64,000 nt of DNA from Candidatus Undivivens industriae (GCA_012514745.1 JAAYZR010000025.1:18930-82929); one strand, 5' to 3'. Positions 18,133-29,474 are shown, numbered from the stretch's first letter. The notes: generated from the letters alone by a model not told the origin. Translations and numbers: made by a program.

Positions 18133-21100
18133 TATCGTTATCGAGACCCTGTCCTCGCCGAGGATATCTTCCATCTCGTGGATGAGGTTCTCGCCGGGGG
18201 CGACGAAAAGTCCGTCTCCGACGATGACCCTGGCGCGGGATTTTGCCGAAGTATCCACATGAAGATAAACCGGCGTCTGCCCGGGGTTGGCGGCAAGCAA
18301 TTGTTTCAGCGTTTCCAGGACATTCTGCCTTAACCCGGTCAGGTTGACGTTAACGCAGGAAATAAGCCGGTAAACTTCCTCGACCGGGATCACGTCGTTC
18401 ACCACTATCTTGGGCGGTTCCTCTTTGAGATTAAGCCGGCCCTTGACGATAACCACCGCCCCGCTCAAAAGATACCTGGAGACCTTCTGAAAGGTCTGCG
18501 GAAAAACGAGCCCTTCGATAAAACCTTCCAGGTCTTCCAGTTTGAGTATCGCCATTTTCTCCTGTTTGGCGCGGGTAACGGTCTGCTTGATCTTTGCCAG
18601 CAACCCCGCTATTTTGACTTCCTCTCCGTCGGCGTGGTTTTTAAGCTTGCCGGTAGTGGTGGATGCGAAACGGGAAAGCTGACCGGCGTACCGAGCCAGA
18701 GGATGGCCGCTGACGTAAAACCCGAGCATCTCCTTCTCGAAAGCGAGTATCTGCGGCTCCGGCCACTCCTTGACTTCGGGGAGTTTGACGCTGCCGCCGC
18801 CGAGGGAAGCCTCCAGCGAGCCTCCATCGTCGAAGAAAGACAATTGGCCGCTGTTCTGCTGTTTCTGGATGCGGGCAACCGTATCCAGTATCTGCTCCAG
18901 TCCCATCACCATCGCCGCCCTCACCGGAGAGATCGAATCAAGAGCCCCGCATTTTATCAAACTCTCCAGCACCTTCTTGTTCACCGCTCTCAAGTCTATC
19001 CTGCGGCAGAGATCATACAACGATTCGAAGCGCCCGCCGGATTTTCTCGCCGCGATTATAGATTCCACCGCCGCCGCCCCCACATTCTTCACCGCCAGCA
19101 GCCCGAAACGGATGCTCTTTTCCCCGGCTACGGTGAAGAACGCGTCGCTCTCGTTGACGTCCGGGGGAAGTATGCCGATCCCCATGCGCACGGATTCGTT
19201 TATGTATTCCACTATCTTATCGGTATTGTCGCGTTCGGAAGTAAGCAGCGCCGTCATAAATTCCACCGGATAATTCGCCTTGAGATATGCGGTGCGGTAA
19301 GAAATCAACGCATACGCGGTACTGTGCGATTTATTGAAACCGTAACCGGAGAAATATTCTATGAAATCGAATATCCTGCCGGCCACGGCGGAGGATATCG
19401 AGTTTTTCGCCGCCCCCTGCAGAAAAGCGCTCCTCTGCTGCTCCATTACCTCGGGATTCTTCTTGCTCATCGCCCTGCGCAGAAGGTCCGCCTGGCTCAG
19501 GCTGAAGCCTGCCAGCGCGGAAGCGATCTGCATGATCTGTTCCTGGTAAACTATGATCCCGTAGGTCTCCCTGAGTATCCCTTCCAGCAGTTTATGGTCG
19601 TACTTTATCGGAACGAGCTTATGTTTGCGCTTGATGAAATCTTCAAGCATGCCGGAACCTATGGGCCCCGGGCGGTAAAGGGCGAGCAGGGCGATTATGT
19701 CCTCGAAACGTTCGGGTTCCAGCTTTCTCAGCAGATCGCGCATCCCGGAGCTTTCCACCTGGAATATGCCGACGGTCTGAGCGGAACTGAACAGCTTATA
19801 AGTGGCCGGGTCGTCCAGAGGGATATTGTCTATGTCTATGGTTATCCCCTGCCTTTCCAGGATGTTTTTCAACGCCATCTCGATAACGGTCAGCGTTCTC
19901 AACCCGAGAAAATCCATCTTCAACAGGCCGATCTTCTCAAGAGAAGACATGCTGTAACCGGTGGTGATCTGTTCGTCCTGCGTCTTGAAGAGCGGGGCGT
20001 AGTTGTCGAGCGGCTTATCGCCGATCACCACTCCCGCGGCGTGTATCGAAGCGTGCCTGTTGAGCCCTTCCAGATTCAAAGCCACGTCCATCAGCTCGGT
20101 AAAAGAAGGGTCGCTTTTATAAAGTCCCTTTAGCTCCGGCTCGTTCTGAAGCGCGTCCTTGAGCGTTATGTTGGGATCGGAAGGTATCAGCTTGGCGATC
20201 CTGTCCACATCCGCGTAACTCATGCCCATTACCCTGCCCACGTCGCGCACCACGCCTCGCGCCTGCATGGTGCCGAAGGTTATGATCTGCGCGACGTTGC
20301 TGCGCCCGTATTTGCGCGTTACGTAATCTATTACCTCCTGGCGGCGTTCGAAACAAAAATCTATGTCTATATCCGGCATGCTGACCCTGGCGGGGTTGAG
20401 GAACCGCTCGAAAAGCAGGCCGTATTGCAAAGGATTGACGTCCGTTATCCCGAGAAGATATCCCACCAGGCTGCCGGCCGCGCTGCCTCTTCCGGGCCCC
20501 ACGGCGATATCGCGGCTCCTGGCGTAATTGATGAAATCGCAGACGATAAGAAAATACCCGGTGAATCCCATTTGAGCTATCATCTTCAACTCGTAATCCA
20601 GGCGCTCTTTTATCTCCGCGGTGCAGGATTCCCCGAATCGTTTCTTCAGCCCGCCGGCGCAAAGCTCGCCCAGGTATTCCTCCTTGCTCTTGCCGCCGGG
20701 GACCTCGTATTTGGGGAGGTGATGACCTTTGAAATCCAGTTCCAGATTGCAACGGCCGGCTATCTCCCTGGTGTTGGCAATCGCTTCCGGTATCTCCGCG
20801 AATGCGCCGCGCATCTCTTCCGGAGACTTGAAATAGAACTCGTCGCTCTGAAAACGGAACCGGTTCTTGTCCTCTATGGTGGACTGGGTCTGTATGCACA
20901 GCATTATTTCGTGGCTGCGGGCGTGTTCTTTTTTAAGATAATGGACGTCGTTTGTGGCTACGAGCGGAATGCCCAGCTCGGAAGATACCCTGACCAGACC
21001 TTCGTTGACCGCGCGCTGATCCGGGATGGAATTCTCCTGCAGTTCAAGATAAAAGTTGTCGCGCCCGAATATAGAGCGCAGGTCGTCCGCCGATTTGAGC

Positions 21101-21564
21101 GCGTCGTTAAAACGTTTCTCTCTTATCAAAGACGGGACCTCTCCTTTTATGCAGGCGGTCAGCGCGATCAATCCCTGGCTGTGGGCCGAAAGCGCTTCTT
21201 TATCCACCCTCGGACGGTAATAAAACCCTTCCAGATAACCTATGGAAACCAGTTTCATCAGGTTGTGGTATCCTGTTTCATCCTTGGCAAGAAGTATCAG
21301 ATGGTTGGAGGACTCTTCCGAGGTCCTGTCCAGGCGGCCGCGCGGCGCGACATATACTTCGCAGCCTATGATCGGCTTTATGCCGGCTTTCTGCGCGGCG
21401 AGGTAGAACTCGATGGCGCCGAACATATTGCCGTGGTCGGTTATCGCCAGGGAGTCCATCTTATAATGGGAAGCCGTCTGCAGCAATTCGTCTATCCGGC
21501 AGGCTCCGTCCAGAAGGCTGTATTGCGTGTGCAGATGAAGATGGATGAATTCGGAATGGGACAT
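18130..21564 (-). CDS. dnaE: DNA polymerase III alpha subunit
   Basis: PHP HLHLHTQYSLLDG, GPGRGSAAGS, RVSMPDIDIDF, GLLKMDFLGL, GYGFNKSHS, EKEMLGFYVSGHPL. Confidence 0.97.
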   Translation of the reverse strand: MSHSEFIHLHLHTQYSLLDGACRIDELLQTASHYKMDSLAITDHGNMFGAIEFYLAAQKAGIKPIIGCEVYVAPRGRLDRTSEESSNHLILLAKDETGYHNLMKLVSIGYLEGFYYRPRVDKEALSAHSQGLIALTACIKGEVPSLIREKRFNDALKSADDLRSIFGRDNFYLELQENSIPDQRAVNEGLVRVSSELGIPLVATNDVHYLKKEHARSHEIMLCIQTQSTIEDKNRFRFQSDEFYFKSPEEMRGAFAEIPEAIANTREIAGRCNLELDFKGHHLPKYEVPGGKSKEEYLGELCAGGLKKRFGESCTAEIKERLDYELKMIAQMGFTGYFLIVCDFINYARSRDIAVGPGRGSAAGSLVGYLLGITDVNPLQYGLLFERFLNPARVSMPDIDIDFCFERRQEVIDYVTRKYGRSNVAQIITFGTMQARGVVRDVGRVMGMSYADVDRIAKLIPSDPNITLKDALQNEPELKGLYKSDPSFTELMDVALNLEGLNRHASIHAAGVVIGDKPLDNYAPLFKTQDEQITTGYSMSSLEKIGLLKMDFLGLRTLTVIEMALKNILERQGITIDIDNIPLDDPATYKLFSSAQTVGIFQVESSGMRDLLRKLEPERFEDIIALLALYRPGPIGSGMLEDFIKRKHKLVPIKYDHKLLEGILRETYGIIVYQEQIMQIASALAGFSLSQADLLRRAMSKKNPEVMEQQRSAFLQGAAKNSISSAVAGRIFDFIEYFSGYGFNKSHSTAYALISYRTAYLKANYPVEFMTALLTSERDNTDKIVEYINESVRMGIGILPPDVNESDAFFTVAGEKSIRFGLLAVKNVGAAAVESIIAARKSGGRFESLYDLCRRIDLRAVNKKVLESLIKCGALDSISPVRAAMVMGLEQILDTVARIQKQQNSGQLSFFDDGGSLEASLGGGSVKLPEVKEWPEPQILAFEKEMLGFYVSGHPLARYAGQLSRFASTTTGKLKNHADGEEVKIAGLLAKIKQTVTRAKQEKMAILKLEDLEGFIEGLVFPQTFQKVSRYLLSGAVVIVKGRLNLKEEPPKIVVNDVIPVEEVYRLISCVNVNLTGLRQNVLETLKQLLAANPGQTPVYLHVDTSAKSRARVIVGDGLFVAPGENLIHEMEDILGEDRVSITI

Positions 21565-21685
21565 TTGTGTACCGGTTTTATCCCTTGATTCTCAAAAGGA
21601 ACTTCTTTCCGGGATTATGACAAGAGCGGAATTCTACCGCGAATTACGGGATAAAATATGCCGTAATGACCCGCCTTTAAGACGT

Positions 21686-23227
21686 TCATTCCCACTCTAT
21701 GGTGGCGGGAGGCTTGGAACTGATATCGTAGACTACGCGGTTAATGCCTTTAACCTCGTTTATGATGCGGTTGGATATTTTCTGCAGCAGTTCCGGGGCA
21801 AGCCTGGCCCAGTCCGCCGTCATGCCGTCTATGCTCGTCACGCAGCGTAAAGCGGCCACGTTCTCATAGGTGCGTTCGTCGCCCATGACTCCCACGCTCT
21901 TGACCGGAAGAAGTATCGCGAAGGACTGCCATATCTGTTCGTAACAGCCCGCGGCTTTTATTTCCTCGATCACGCGCTTGTCGGCTTCCCTGAGTATATC
22001 AAGCCGGGCTTTCGTCACTTCCCCGATGATCCTGACGGCAAGCCCCGGACCGGGAAAAGGCTGGCGGTAAAGAACGAAATCCGGCAGCCCCAGCTCTTTG
22101 CCTACGGCCCTGACCTCGTCCTTGAACAGTTCGCGCAAAGGTTCCAGGAGCTTCAACTTCATGTGCTCCGGCAGACCGCCCACATTGTGGTGGCTCTTGA
22201 TACGGCTGCTGGGAGCGCCGGTGGGAGAAACAGATTCTATGACGTCCGGATAAAGCGTCCCCTGACCGAGGAACTTCACGCCCTTGACCCTGGCCGCCTC
22301 CTCCTCGAAAATCTTGACGAATTCGTTGCCGATGATCTTTCTTTTCTGCTCCGGATCGCTCACGCCTTCGAGCTTGGTCAAAAACCTTTTAGCGGCGTCC
22401 ACGCAGTAGAGATTGAGACGAAAATTGCTGGTGAATACTTTCTTTACCTGCTGCGCTTCGTCTTTTCTAAGCAATCCGTTGTCTATAAAAATGCAGCGCA
22501 GGTTCTTGCCGATGGCGCGGTGTATGAGCAGCGCGGCTACGGAAGAATCAACTCCGCCGCTCAAACCCAGCACCACTTTATCCTTTCCGACGGTTTTCTT
22601 GATATTCTCCACCGATTCTTTAACGAAGGAGGCCATGGTCCAGCGGCTCAAACAGCCGCAGATCTTGAAAAGAAAATTGCCGAGTATCTGACTTCCTTTT
22701 TCGGTATGGGTCACTTCCGGATGGAACTGCACCGCGTAAATCCTGCGGTTCTTGTTGGCGACCGCCGCGATCGGGCTGTTCATGGAGTGGGCAAGCGTCC
22801 GGAAACCGTCCGGAAGCTTCTTCACCAGGTCCCCGTGGCTGGCCCAACAGGTAAGGTTGCCGGGCAGATGATGGAAAAGATCGGAATTGTCGTCTATAAA
22901 CAACTCGGTGCTCCCGAATTCCCTGTCTTTGCCGACCCTGACCTTGCCTCCGAGCATCTCGGTGATGACCTGCATACCATAGCATATCCCGAGTATGGGA
23001 ATGCCGAGCTTGAATATACCTTTATCCGGGTAGTGTCCTTTGCCTCCGGCTACCGAAGAAGGGCTTCCGGAAAGGATCAAACCTTTCGGGGCCATGGCGG
23101 CTATCTGCCCGGCGGGGGTGTTATATGGTATTATACGGGAGAAAACCTTGTTTTCCCTGACCCTGCGCGCGATCAACTGTGTGTACTGCGATCCGAAATC
23201 AAGTATAAGTATCGTTTGTCTGCTCAT
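21686..23227 (-). CDS. guaA: GMP synthase (glutamine-hydrolysing)
   Basis: [56 protein letters not shown]. Confidence 0.97.
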   Translation of the reverse strand: MSRQTILILDFGSQYTQLIARRVRENKVFSRIIPYNTPAGQIAAMAPKGLILSGSPSSVAGGKGHYPDKGIFKLGIPILGICYGMQVITEMLGGKVRVGKDREFGSTELFIDDNSDLFHHLPGNLTCWASHGDLVKKLPDGFRTLAHSMNSPIAAVANKNRRIYAVQFHPEVTHTEKGSQILGNFLFKICGCLSRWTMASFVKESVENIKKTVGKDKVVLGLSGGVDSSVAALLIHRAIGKNLRCIFIDNGLLRKDEAQQVKKVFTSNFRLNLYCVDAAKRFLTKLEGVSDPEQKRKIIGNEFVKIFEEEAARVKGVKFLGQGTLYPDVIESVSPTGAPSSRIKSHHNVGGLPEHMKLKLLEPLRELFKDEVRAVGKELGLPDFVLYRQPFPGPGLAVRIIGEVTKARLDILREADKRVIEEIKAAGCYEQIWQSFAILLPVKSVGVMGDERTYENVAALRCVTSIDGMTADWARLAPELLQKISNRIINEVKGINRVVYDISSKPPATIEWE

Positions 23228-24384
23228 TTCCCCATTCCGACTCTCTGTCCTACCTGGAAGATCTTCCCTTCCGTCTGTATGGAAGGAGCGATGATGATCT
23301 CCACGTTATGCATCTCCTTAAGATTAGTCGCCCCCAGAGATCCCATGGATGTCTTCAGGGCCCCGATAAGGTTCTGTGAACCGTCGTCCACCTTGGCCGG
23401 CCCGAAAAGTATCTCCTTCAGGCTTCCGGTGGTGCCGACGTAAATACGAGTTCCCCTGGGCAGGTTCATGTGCGAAGTGGCCATACCCCAGTGGTAACCC
23501 CTGCCCGGGGCTTCCTTGGCGCGCGCGAAACTGGAGCCGATCATGACCGCGTCCGCTCCGCTGGCGAACGCCTTGCAGATATCTCCGCCGCGGTTCATTC
23601 CTCCGTCGGTTATGATGGGAACATACCTGCCCTTCGTCTTAAAGTAAAAATCCCTGGCAGCGGCGGCGTCCACAGTCGTGGTAACCTGCGGCACTCCTAT
23701 GCCGAGCACGCCCCGGGTAGTGCAGGCCGCGCCGGGCCCCACCCCGACCAGCAAGCCGGAAGCTCCGGTCTCCATAAGAGCGAGGGTGGTCTCGTAAGTA
23801 ACGCAGTTGCCGAGAATAACCGGGATCTTCATCTTCCTGCAAAAAGCCTCCAGATCCAGGCTCTTATATTCCTTGGCGATATGCTTTGTGGTGGTAACGG
23901 TGGATTGGACGACAAAGATGTCGGCCCCTGCGCCGATCGCTATCTTTGCGAAAGCCTCGGCGTGAGCGGGAATGCAGCTGACTACCGCTATGCCTTTACG
24001 CTGCTTTATCTGCTCCACTCGTTTCTTTATAAGCTTTTCTTTAATAGGAGTCGTGTAGATTTTCTGTATAAGCTCGGTGGCTTCTTGAGGAGAAGCCTTG
24101 GCTATACGATCCAGCACTTCTCCGGGGTTCTCATAACGGGTCTGCACGCCGTCCAGGTTCAACACCGCTATACCACCGAGCTTGGACATAGCCACGGCAA
24201 AATCCACGTCCACCACGCCGTCCATGGCCGCGGCCATTATAGGAATAGAGAATTTTCTGCCCACTATTTCCAGGGAAGTATCCACTTCCGCCGGATTTAC
24301 AGTCTTATCCCCGGGGACAAGAGCTATTTCGTCGAACCCATAACACCTGCGCGCGCGTTTCCCTATGCCGATCCACTCACCCAT
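23224..24384 (-). CDS. guaB: IMP dehydrogenase family protein lacking CBS domains (GuaB3-like)
   Basis: [52 protein letters not shown]; operonic with guaA. Confidence 0.8.
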   Translation of the reverse strand: MGEWIGIGKRARRCYGFDEIALVPGDKTVNPAEVDTSLEIVGRKFSIPIMAAAMDGVVDVDFAVAMSKLGGIAVLNLDGVQTRYENPGEVLDRIAKASPQEATELIQKIYTTPIKEKLIKKRVEQIKQRKGIAVVSCIPAHAEAFAKIAIGAGADIFVVQSTVTTTKHIAKEYKSLDLEAFCRKMKIPVILGNCVTYETTLALMETGASGLLVGVGPGAACTTRGVLGIGVPQVTTTVDAAAARDFYFKTKGRYVPIITDGGMNRGGDICKAFASGADAVMIGSSFARAKEAPGRGYHWGMATSHMNLPRGTRIYVGTTGSLKEILFGPAKVDDGSQNLIGALKTSMGSLGATNLKEMHNVEIIIAPSIQTEGKIFQVGQRVGMGK

Positions 24385-24483
24385 TCTTCCCCCTTATGTG
24401 CTATTCAGCGCCGACAGTGCGGCGTTGTTGTAACTATCTAAAAATCAACGGGTTGCCGAATAACATTATAAATTATTTATAAA

Positions 24484-24512
24484 ATTTTACTATATCCGGG
24501 AGTGATTGTCAA
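24484..24512 (-). promoter_or_regulatory. sigma70-type promoter for guaB-guaA
   Basis: TTGACA-17 bp-TAAAAT on the minus strand, ~100 bp upstream of guaB. Confidence 0.8.
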
Positions 24513-24798
24513 CTGTTTTTAACCTGCCTTCTGCAACGGGGTATCACAGTTTTGTCTTAACATACTGCGGCTCAATATGATAATTCTGCCGCGCTGGACA
24601 AGACTGCGGAAGAGAGCACGTTACGGTTATATCTATCAACTAACGTCCCAGAGCCTGAAGGCGGAGGGTTACTTATAATCCTGATACTGATCCGAGCCTA
24701 AATCCTCCGCGCCCTGAAAGGCGTGGTTCAGGCGCTGTCGAGGTATAAAACCGGCAAATTTTTCACCTTTTCCGCTCCTTCCTCGACCTGGGCGGCGT

Positions 24799-25215
24799 TC
24801 ATTGCTCCCAATTCACCACATCATCCGAACTCTCTACCCCGTCCTTGCCGTAGGAATAAAGATCGTAATCATACGCGCGGTGTGTCCCCGGGGATTTATA
24901 CTGATACGCGTTACCCCAGGGATCAAGCGGCTTCTTCTCCACATAAGGCCCTTTCCAGTTCTTTGCCGATGGCGGCGGGGACTGCAGGGACGCCAGCCCT
25001 TCTTCCGTGGTAGGAAAAGCGCCGTTGTCTATTTCATAGAGCTTTAAAGCCATGGGGATATTCATGCCTATATCCGCCTTGGCCACCTCTATCCTGGCCT
25101 GCTCAGACCTTCCGGCCATTCTGGGGACTACCATGGATACCAGCACGCCCAGAATGATCACTACCAGCATCAGCTCAATAAGCGTAAAACCTCTGTCTGT
25201 ATCTTTATAAAACAT
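24799..25215 (-). CDS. gspG: T2SS major pseudopilin GspG
   Basis: RG|FTLIELMLVVIILG prepilin site; ALKLYEIDNGAFPTTEEGLASL, WKGPYV..PLDPWGNAYQY, DLYSYGKDG...DDVVNW; AGGAGG RBS. Confidence 0.92.
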   Translation of the reverse strand: MFYKDTDRGFTLIELMLVVIILGVLVSMVVPRMAGRSEQARIEVAKADIGMNIPMALKLYEIDNGAFPTTEEGLASLQSPPPSAKNWKGPYVEKKPLDPWGNAYQYKSPGTHRAYDYDLYSYGKDGVESSDDVVNWEQ

Positions 25216-25235
25216 ACCCCGCCTCCTAATGATGG

Positions 25236-26090
25236 TTAGCGCTCGCGCCATTCCAGCACGCTCCCTTTGCCGATGAGCGCCTCATAATTCATCGCCTCTT
25301 TGTTGAAAACATAAGTTTTGATCTTGACGCGGTAATACCGGGAGCCGGCCGTGAGCAGATCGGTGATCGCCGCAAGCGTTTGTTCCTGCGCGGTCATGAA
25401 AGAAACTCTGGAACGCATCCGGCTGAGGACCTCGGACGGGCTCTCGAACACCTCGTCGTCGGAGGTCCCTTCTTTTCCGTCCGCTCCTTTACGGAATTCA
25501 ACTATCGCGGCCGCCAGGGACTTCTCTATGCCCAGAGCGGTCAACACCTCCGCGGGAGCCGTATTTATGTTGACCTTCCCTCCGGAATAAACGCTGACGA
25601 AATTCTTCAGACCTTCGAATATCTCCCCGCTGATGCCTTCCACAAGCAGGAGTTCTTCTTTCGCCGCGAAAGGCCGCAGGGAAGAATTGACCAGCGCTTG
25701 CGCAAGTTCGGAGTTCAAACCGGGCAGCCCGGCAATGATCTCCGCCGGGCTCTGGTTGACATCTATTCTTCTTTCCTCGTCCTCTACCGTATAAACGAAT
25801 CTTCCGCCGCCTACGGACTTGTCATGTTCTTCCGACAGGCTAAAAAGAGTATCGTAGGCGGGCTTGTCGTTTACGAACAGAACGGCCTCCGCGTCGTTCA
25901 CGGCCGACTTGGCCAGATAATACGACACTATCCTGGATTCTACCGCCTGCGACATCAGGATCCTGGCCGAGGCTATACGGTATAACCCGGCGCCGAATAT
26001 TGTAAGCATCACCAATATCCATATCGCGGCGATCAGCACGCTCCCCGGGCTACCTGCCCGGCACCATAATGATCCTGCTGAATTCTTCAT
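25236..26090 (-). CDS. gspK: GspK-like minor pseudopilin
   Basis: G|SVLIAAIWILVML, YYLAKSA, VEDEERRIDVN, EELLLVEGI, GKVNINTAPAEVL. Confidence 0.82.
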   Translation of the reverse strand: MKNSAGSLWCRAGSPGSVLIAAIWILVMLTIFGAGLYRIASARILMSQAVESRIVSYYLAKSAVNDAEAVLFVNDKPAYDTLFSLSEEHDKSVGGGRFVYTVEDEERRIDVNQSPAEIIAGLPGLNSELAQALVNSSLRPFAAKEELLLVEGISGEIFEGLKNFVSVYSGGKVNINTAPAEVLTALGIEKSLAAAIVEFRKGADGKEGTSDDEVFESPSEVLSRMRSRVSFMTAQEQTLAAITDLLTAGSRYYRVKIKTYVFNKEAMNYEALIGKGSVLEWRER

Positions 26091-26670
26091 CCCCGGCCTT
26101 GAAAGTTAATCTTACGGCGCCGAAAGCGCCGAGGGACTTGTCCCAGGTTTCCTGCCAGACGAACGATTGATTGTCTTTATCAAAACTCCGGTACTCCGCC
26201 GATAAACCGTTGAAGCATTCGACGTAGCGCTCCGAAGTTTCCTCATCTTCGGCGAGAATAGAAGCCATATCGGTCTCCGAACGTTTGAGCCTGTTCTCCT
26301 CCCGGAGAAATTTATAGTTTACCCGCACCACCCTGCCTCCGGGGGAGACGAATGGAAAGCTTATCTCGTCCTTCTTTCCGGAACAGCCGACGGACTGCAG
26401 CGGCAAACACTGCCTGATTTCCGAGCAGATCCTCTCGGCCTCAAGCGAGGCGGACATGCGGGAAAAACCGCCGCCGGAAGCCCTTTTCCATATTCTCACC
26501 CCGGCGAAAAAAACCGACATCAATCCCGCGGCGATTACCGCAATAATGCTCACGCAAACGAGCATCTCCACCAGAGAAAAACCGCTGCGCGCCTCCGGTC
26601 CGCTCCCGGTAACCGGGGGATGCCGGTCACTCTTCCTTTTTTTGCTTAAAATACGCGGCCAGAACGGCAT
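26050..26670 (-). CDS. Minor pseudopilin (GspJ/PilW-like)
   Basis: SG|FSLVEMLVCVSIIAVI prepilin motif; position in pseudopilin cluster; start uncertain. Confidence 0.75.
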   Translation of the reverse strand: MPFWPRILSKKRKSDRHPPVTGSGPEARSGFSLVEMLVCVSIIAVIAAGLMSVFFAGVRIWKRASGGGFSRMSASLEAERICSEIRQCLPLQSVGCSGKKDEISFPFVSPGGRVVRVNYKFLREENRLKRSETDMASILAEDEETSERYVECFNGLSAEYRSFDKDNQSFVWQETWDKSLGAFGAVRLTFKAGDEEFSRIIMVPGR

Positions 26671-27043
26671 TCTTGTTTTTATTCCCTTCTTTCCAGCTCA
26701 CGGTAAGGATATCCTCTACCAGAGAAATATCCTCCTCATCCGCTTGAGGATTGTCCACAACGGTCGCCCGGTTTATGCATACTGCGGCCCTGTTTCCCAG
26801 TTGCAGGCTATTTTCCTCCTCCGCCTCCGCGATGCCGGCCTCCTCTTTTTCCCGCAGTTCCGTCTCTGCCATCTTCGCAGCCATGAACCGCACGGCGGCA
26901 ACGCGGTTGTCGCAATTGTCCAGCGCGGCCGCGATCGAAGAAAAAGAACGGACCACAAGGGCTATACCGGAGGCCAGGATGGATACCGCAACCATCAGCT
27001 CCACGAGGGTGAATCCTTCGCGCACTTCATTCTTCGTTTTCAT
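26627..27043 (-). CDS. Minor pseudopilin (GspI/PilV-like)
   Basis: EG|FTLVELMVAVSILASG prepilin motif; LTVSWKEG near C-terminus. Confidence 0.78.
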   Translation of the reverse strand: MKTKNEVREGFTLVELMVAVSILASGIALVVRSFSSIAAALDNCDNRVAAVRFMAAKMAETELREKEEAGIAEAEEENSLQLGNRAAVCINRATVVDNPQADEEDISLVEDILTVSWKEGNKNKNAVLAAYFKQKKEE

Positions 27044-27084
27044 ATCGCCCTCTTGTGCGGATCCCTCCCATTACAAATCGCGGG

Positions 27085-27621
27085 TTAAAGAACCACTATG
27101 CTGATTACTCCTTCCAGCTTGATCGATAACCCGGTCTCGTCTTTCGGCGCGAGCAATAGCCTATCGAAACCTATAAGCAGTTGATTATCCTTTACTCCGT
27201 TCATAAAAGTCAGCACCTGCGCAAGATTACCTTCCATCTTGAAATCGGCCTTGAACTTCAGCGTGTCCTTTAACTTCTCCGGTTCGGAATGCGGGCTTAA
27301 CGCCACTATGGACACTCCCGTTTCTTTGGCCAACCGTTCTATTTCCTTCATAAAATCGGAGATGACTTGAGTATGGTCTTTTTCAGCGTATTTAAAATAA
27401 CCCTGGTATGACTTGTATTCTTGGACCAGATTATCTTTATCCTGTTCTATCCCGATGTCCCTGGCGAGTCTGGCTTCCGACAGCTTGATCTGTTTATCCA
27501 GCGACCTCATCTTTTCGCCGATACCGCCGATTATGATCTTGTTAAAGAACAAGAGCAGCAATATGCCTGCGACGGCGGAGGCGATTATCTTCTGTTTTTT
27601 CTCGAGTTTGAAAGCGGCCAT
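27085..27621 (-). CDS. PilO/GspM-like assembly platform protein
   Basis: N-terminal TM, coiled coil, ferredoxin-like C-terminus (FMKEIERLAKETGVSIVALSP..MEGNLAQVLTFM); follows PilM-N. Confidence 0.75.
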   Translation of the reverse strand: MAAFKLEKKQKIIASAVAGILLLLFFNKIIIGGIGEKMRSLDKQIKLSEARLARDIGIEQDKDNLVQEYKSYQGYFKYAEKDHTQVISDFMKEIERLAKETGVSIVALSPHSEPEKLKDTLKFKADFKMEGNLAQVLTFMNGVKDNQLLIGFDRLLLAPKDETGLSIKLEGVISIVVL

Positions 27622-27759
27622 ATAACGTCCTATCCTTTGATGCCCCCTCCGATAACTAAGGGTGCTGTTCTATTCCTCAATGCATATGTGGAAAATAGCT
27701 CAAAAGAGCACTACCTATGCCGATCCTTCGCCGGGCCTTGGCAGTAAAGTGGTCCCCTC

Positions 27760-27785
27760 AATTAAGTATCGTGTCCCCGGAATTC
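27760..27785 (-). repeat. REP-like unit overlapping the PilM-N stop codon
   Basis: AATTAAGTATCGTGTCCCCGGAATTC, reverse copy of the GGGGACAC unit. Confidence 0.85.
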
Positions 27786-29184
27786 AAATAACGAGCTCCA
27801 GTTCAAAATCGGTAAATTCCCCGTCCTTGGTCTTTTTTTTGCGGGTATATTTCGTCTGTATATCTTTGAAATATTTGGATTCCTCAAGGGTAGTCACGAA
27901 TTTATAAACGTCCGACAACTGGGGCCCCCTGCCCCTGATCTTTACGCTCCGCTGGTCCATATCGAAAGCGGTGACCGATATCTCCGCAGGAATGGCGTTG
28001 AACAATTGTTTCATAACCGATAACGGTTTGTTCCTGGCGGAGAGATAATCCCTGATGAAACCGATCTTGCCCAGCCTGCCGAACAATTCCCCCATATCTC
28101 CTTCTATTCCCGCAGCTTTGCCTTCAAGCTCCTGAAGATAATTCTGGCGGGCATACATCCTGGAAAGAAATACCGCGCATACAACTGTGAGTATGTATAT
28201 TAACGTGCTGCCTAAAACGAGCAGCAGCCGTATTTTTTCCTTCAAAGACTTGCGTATCTGTATTTCCGGCACGAGGAAAAAGAAACCTTCTTCCTCCTGG
28301 TGAGAGGCCAGGGCGGCGACCCCGGAAAAAGAAACGTCCCTTTTGCCCGGAGCGGCCATATTCTGCCCGCAGGGCGCCGAAAAAAGCGTGACCGGGATGT
28401 TAAGCTCCGAACCTACCGTAGAGCTGAAATGCCCGACAAGATCAGCCCCTCCCAGGAATATACGCGCCGGCTTGCGGTTGATCTCCTCGTTATAAAAAAT
28501 TATGAGCGACTGTTTCAACTCGCCTATGAGCTTGGATATACCGGCTTCCGGAGTCATCTCGATGTCCCTGGCGCCGATGTTTATACTGCGGGTAAAAATA
28601 AGCTTATCGCGGTCGCAGATAATAAAATCCGTAAAGTCACGGTCCACATCCAGCAAAATATAGATATCCTGTCCGGAAAGTTCCCCGCGATAGACGGAGA
28701 CCACCGATCTCCACACCCCGTATGAACTCAAGCTAACCCTGTCGATGAAAAGGCCGGCCTTTTCCAGCATATTCACCTGTTTTCTCACCGCCCCGATATT
28801 GATGATCGCCAGAAGCACCTTGCCGTACCCCATCTCGTCCACGCCGAGAAAACTGTAGGAATAAATGATCTCCTCTTTTTTGTAGGGAACGATCCTGACC
28901 ATGTGCAGTTCTACCATCTCCGCTATTTCTTTTGGGTCCTGAGAAGGCAAATGCAGGTTCCTGACGGTAACCAGGCTGCGCTGCAGGCAGAGCGTAGCCT
29001 TTCCGGGGACAATCTTGTGGCGGTCAAGCAGTTCAGCCGCTTTTACGGAGATCTGCTCGTCCGTGAGCGAAACTATGTTCTCGGAAAGACAAAGCGAATC
29101 CCTAAGTCTGCCTTCGTTATCCGGGAAGCCGGAAACAAGTTTCAGGCTGGATTGGTCTATTTCTATGGCAACGGGTGATTTCAT
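27784..29184 (-). CDS. PilM-PilN (GspL-like) fusion: actin-like cytoplasmic domain, TM, periplasmic domain
   Basis: VAIEIDQSSLKLV, VRNLHLPS, LLDVDRDFTDF..IFTRSINIG, IFLGG; TM; IPAEISVTAF...FVTTLEESKYF. Confidence 0.75.
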   Translation of the reverse strand: MKSPVAIEIDQSSLKLVSGFPDNEGRLRDSLCLSENIVSLTDEQISVKAAELLDRHKIVPGKATLCLQRSLVTVRNLHLPSQDPKEIAEMVELHMVRIVPYKKEEIIYSYSFLGVDEMGYGKVLLAIINIGAVRKQVNMLEKAGLFIDRVSLSSYGVWRSVVSVYRGELSGQDIYILLDVDRDFTDFIICDRDKLIFTRSINIGARDIEMTPEAGISKLIGELKQSLIIFYNEEINRKPARIFLGGADLVGHFSSTVGSELNIPVTLFSAPCGQNMAAPGKRDVSFSGVAALASHQEEEGFFFLVPEIQIRKSLKEKIRLLLVLGSTLIYILTVVCAVFLSRMYARQNYLQELEGKAAGIEGDMGELFGRLGKIGFIRDYLSARNKPLSVMKQLFNAIPAEISVTAFDMDQRSVKIRGRGPQLSDVYKFVTTLEESKYFKDIQTKYTRKKKTKDGEFTDFELELVI

Positions 29185-29239
29185 ATCTTCTACGGTAAAA
29201 ACGGCGTTCTATCAGATTATATTTATACTCTCTTTCCCT

Positions 29240-29416
29240 AAATTCCGGGGGAACCTCGCAAATACAGTGATTCTCTTTCGAGAATCCCTTGCGACCTTTC
29301 GCTCCGCTCTGTACCTTAGCCTAATCTAAATAGCCCCTTGCCCTTATGCGGAATTGGGCAAGTGTTCCCCCGTGGGAAGCGAATTTTGCCACTGCAAAAA
29401 TGTATCCCCGGAATTT
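29240..29416. repeat. ~177-bp composite palindromic element, copy 1, with terminal IR AAATTCCGGGG/CCCCGGAATTT
   Basis: Ends match the REP-like unit ends; internal hairpins; directly duplicated at 29475-29693. Confidence 0.8.
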
Positions 29417-29474
29417 GTTATAGCTTTCGCTTTCCCTTCTCACAGCAACAAATCAATGCTTACCTCTATTCTAC

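Noticed and set aside
24385-24483. Purine riboswitch upstream of guaB-guaA
   Set aside because: No recognisable purine aptamer core (UA...UAUGG...GUUUCUAC...CCGUAAA) or terminator in the leader.
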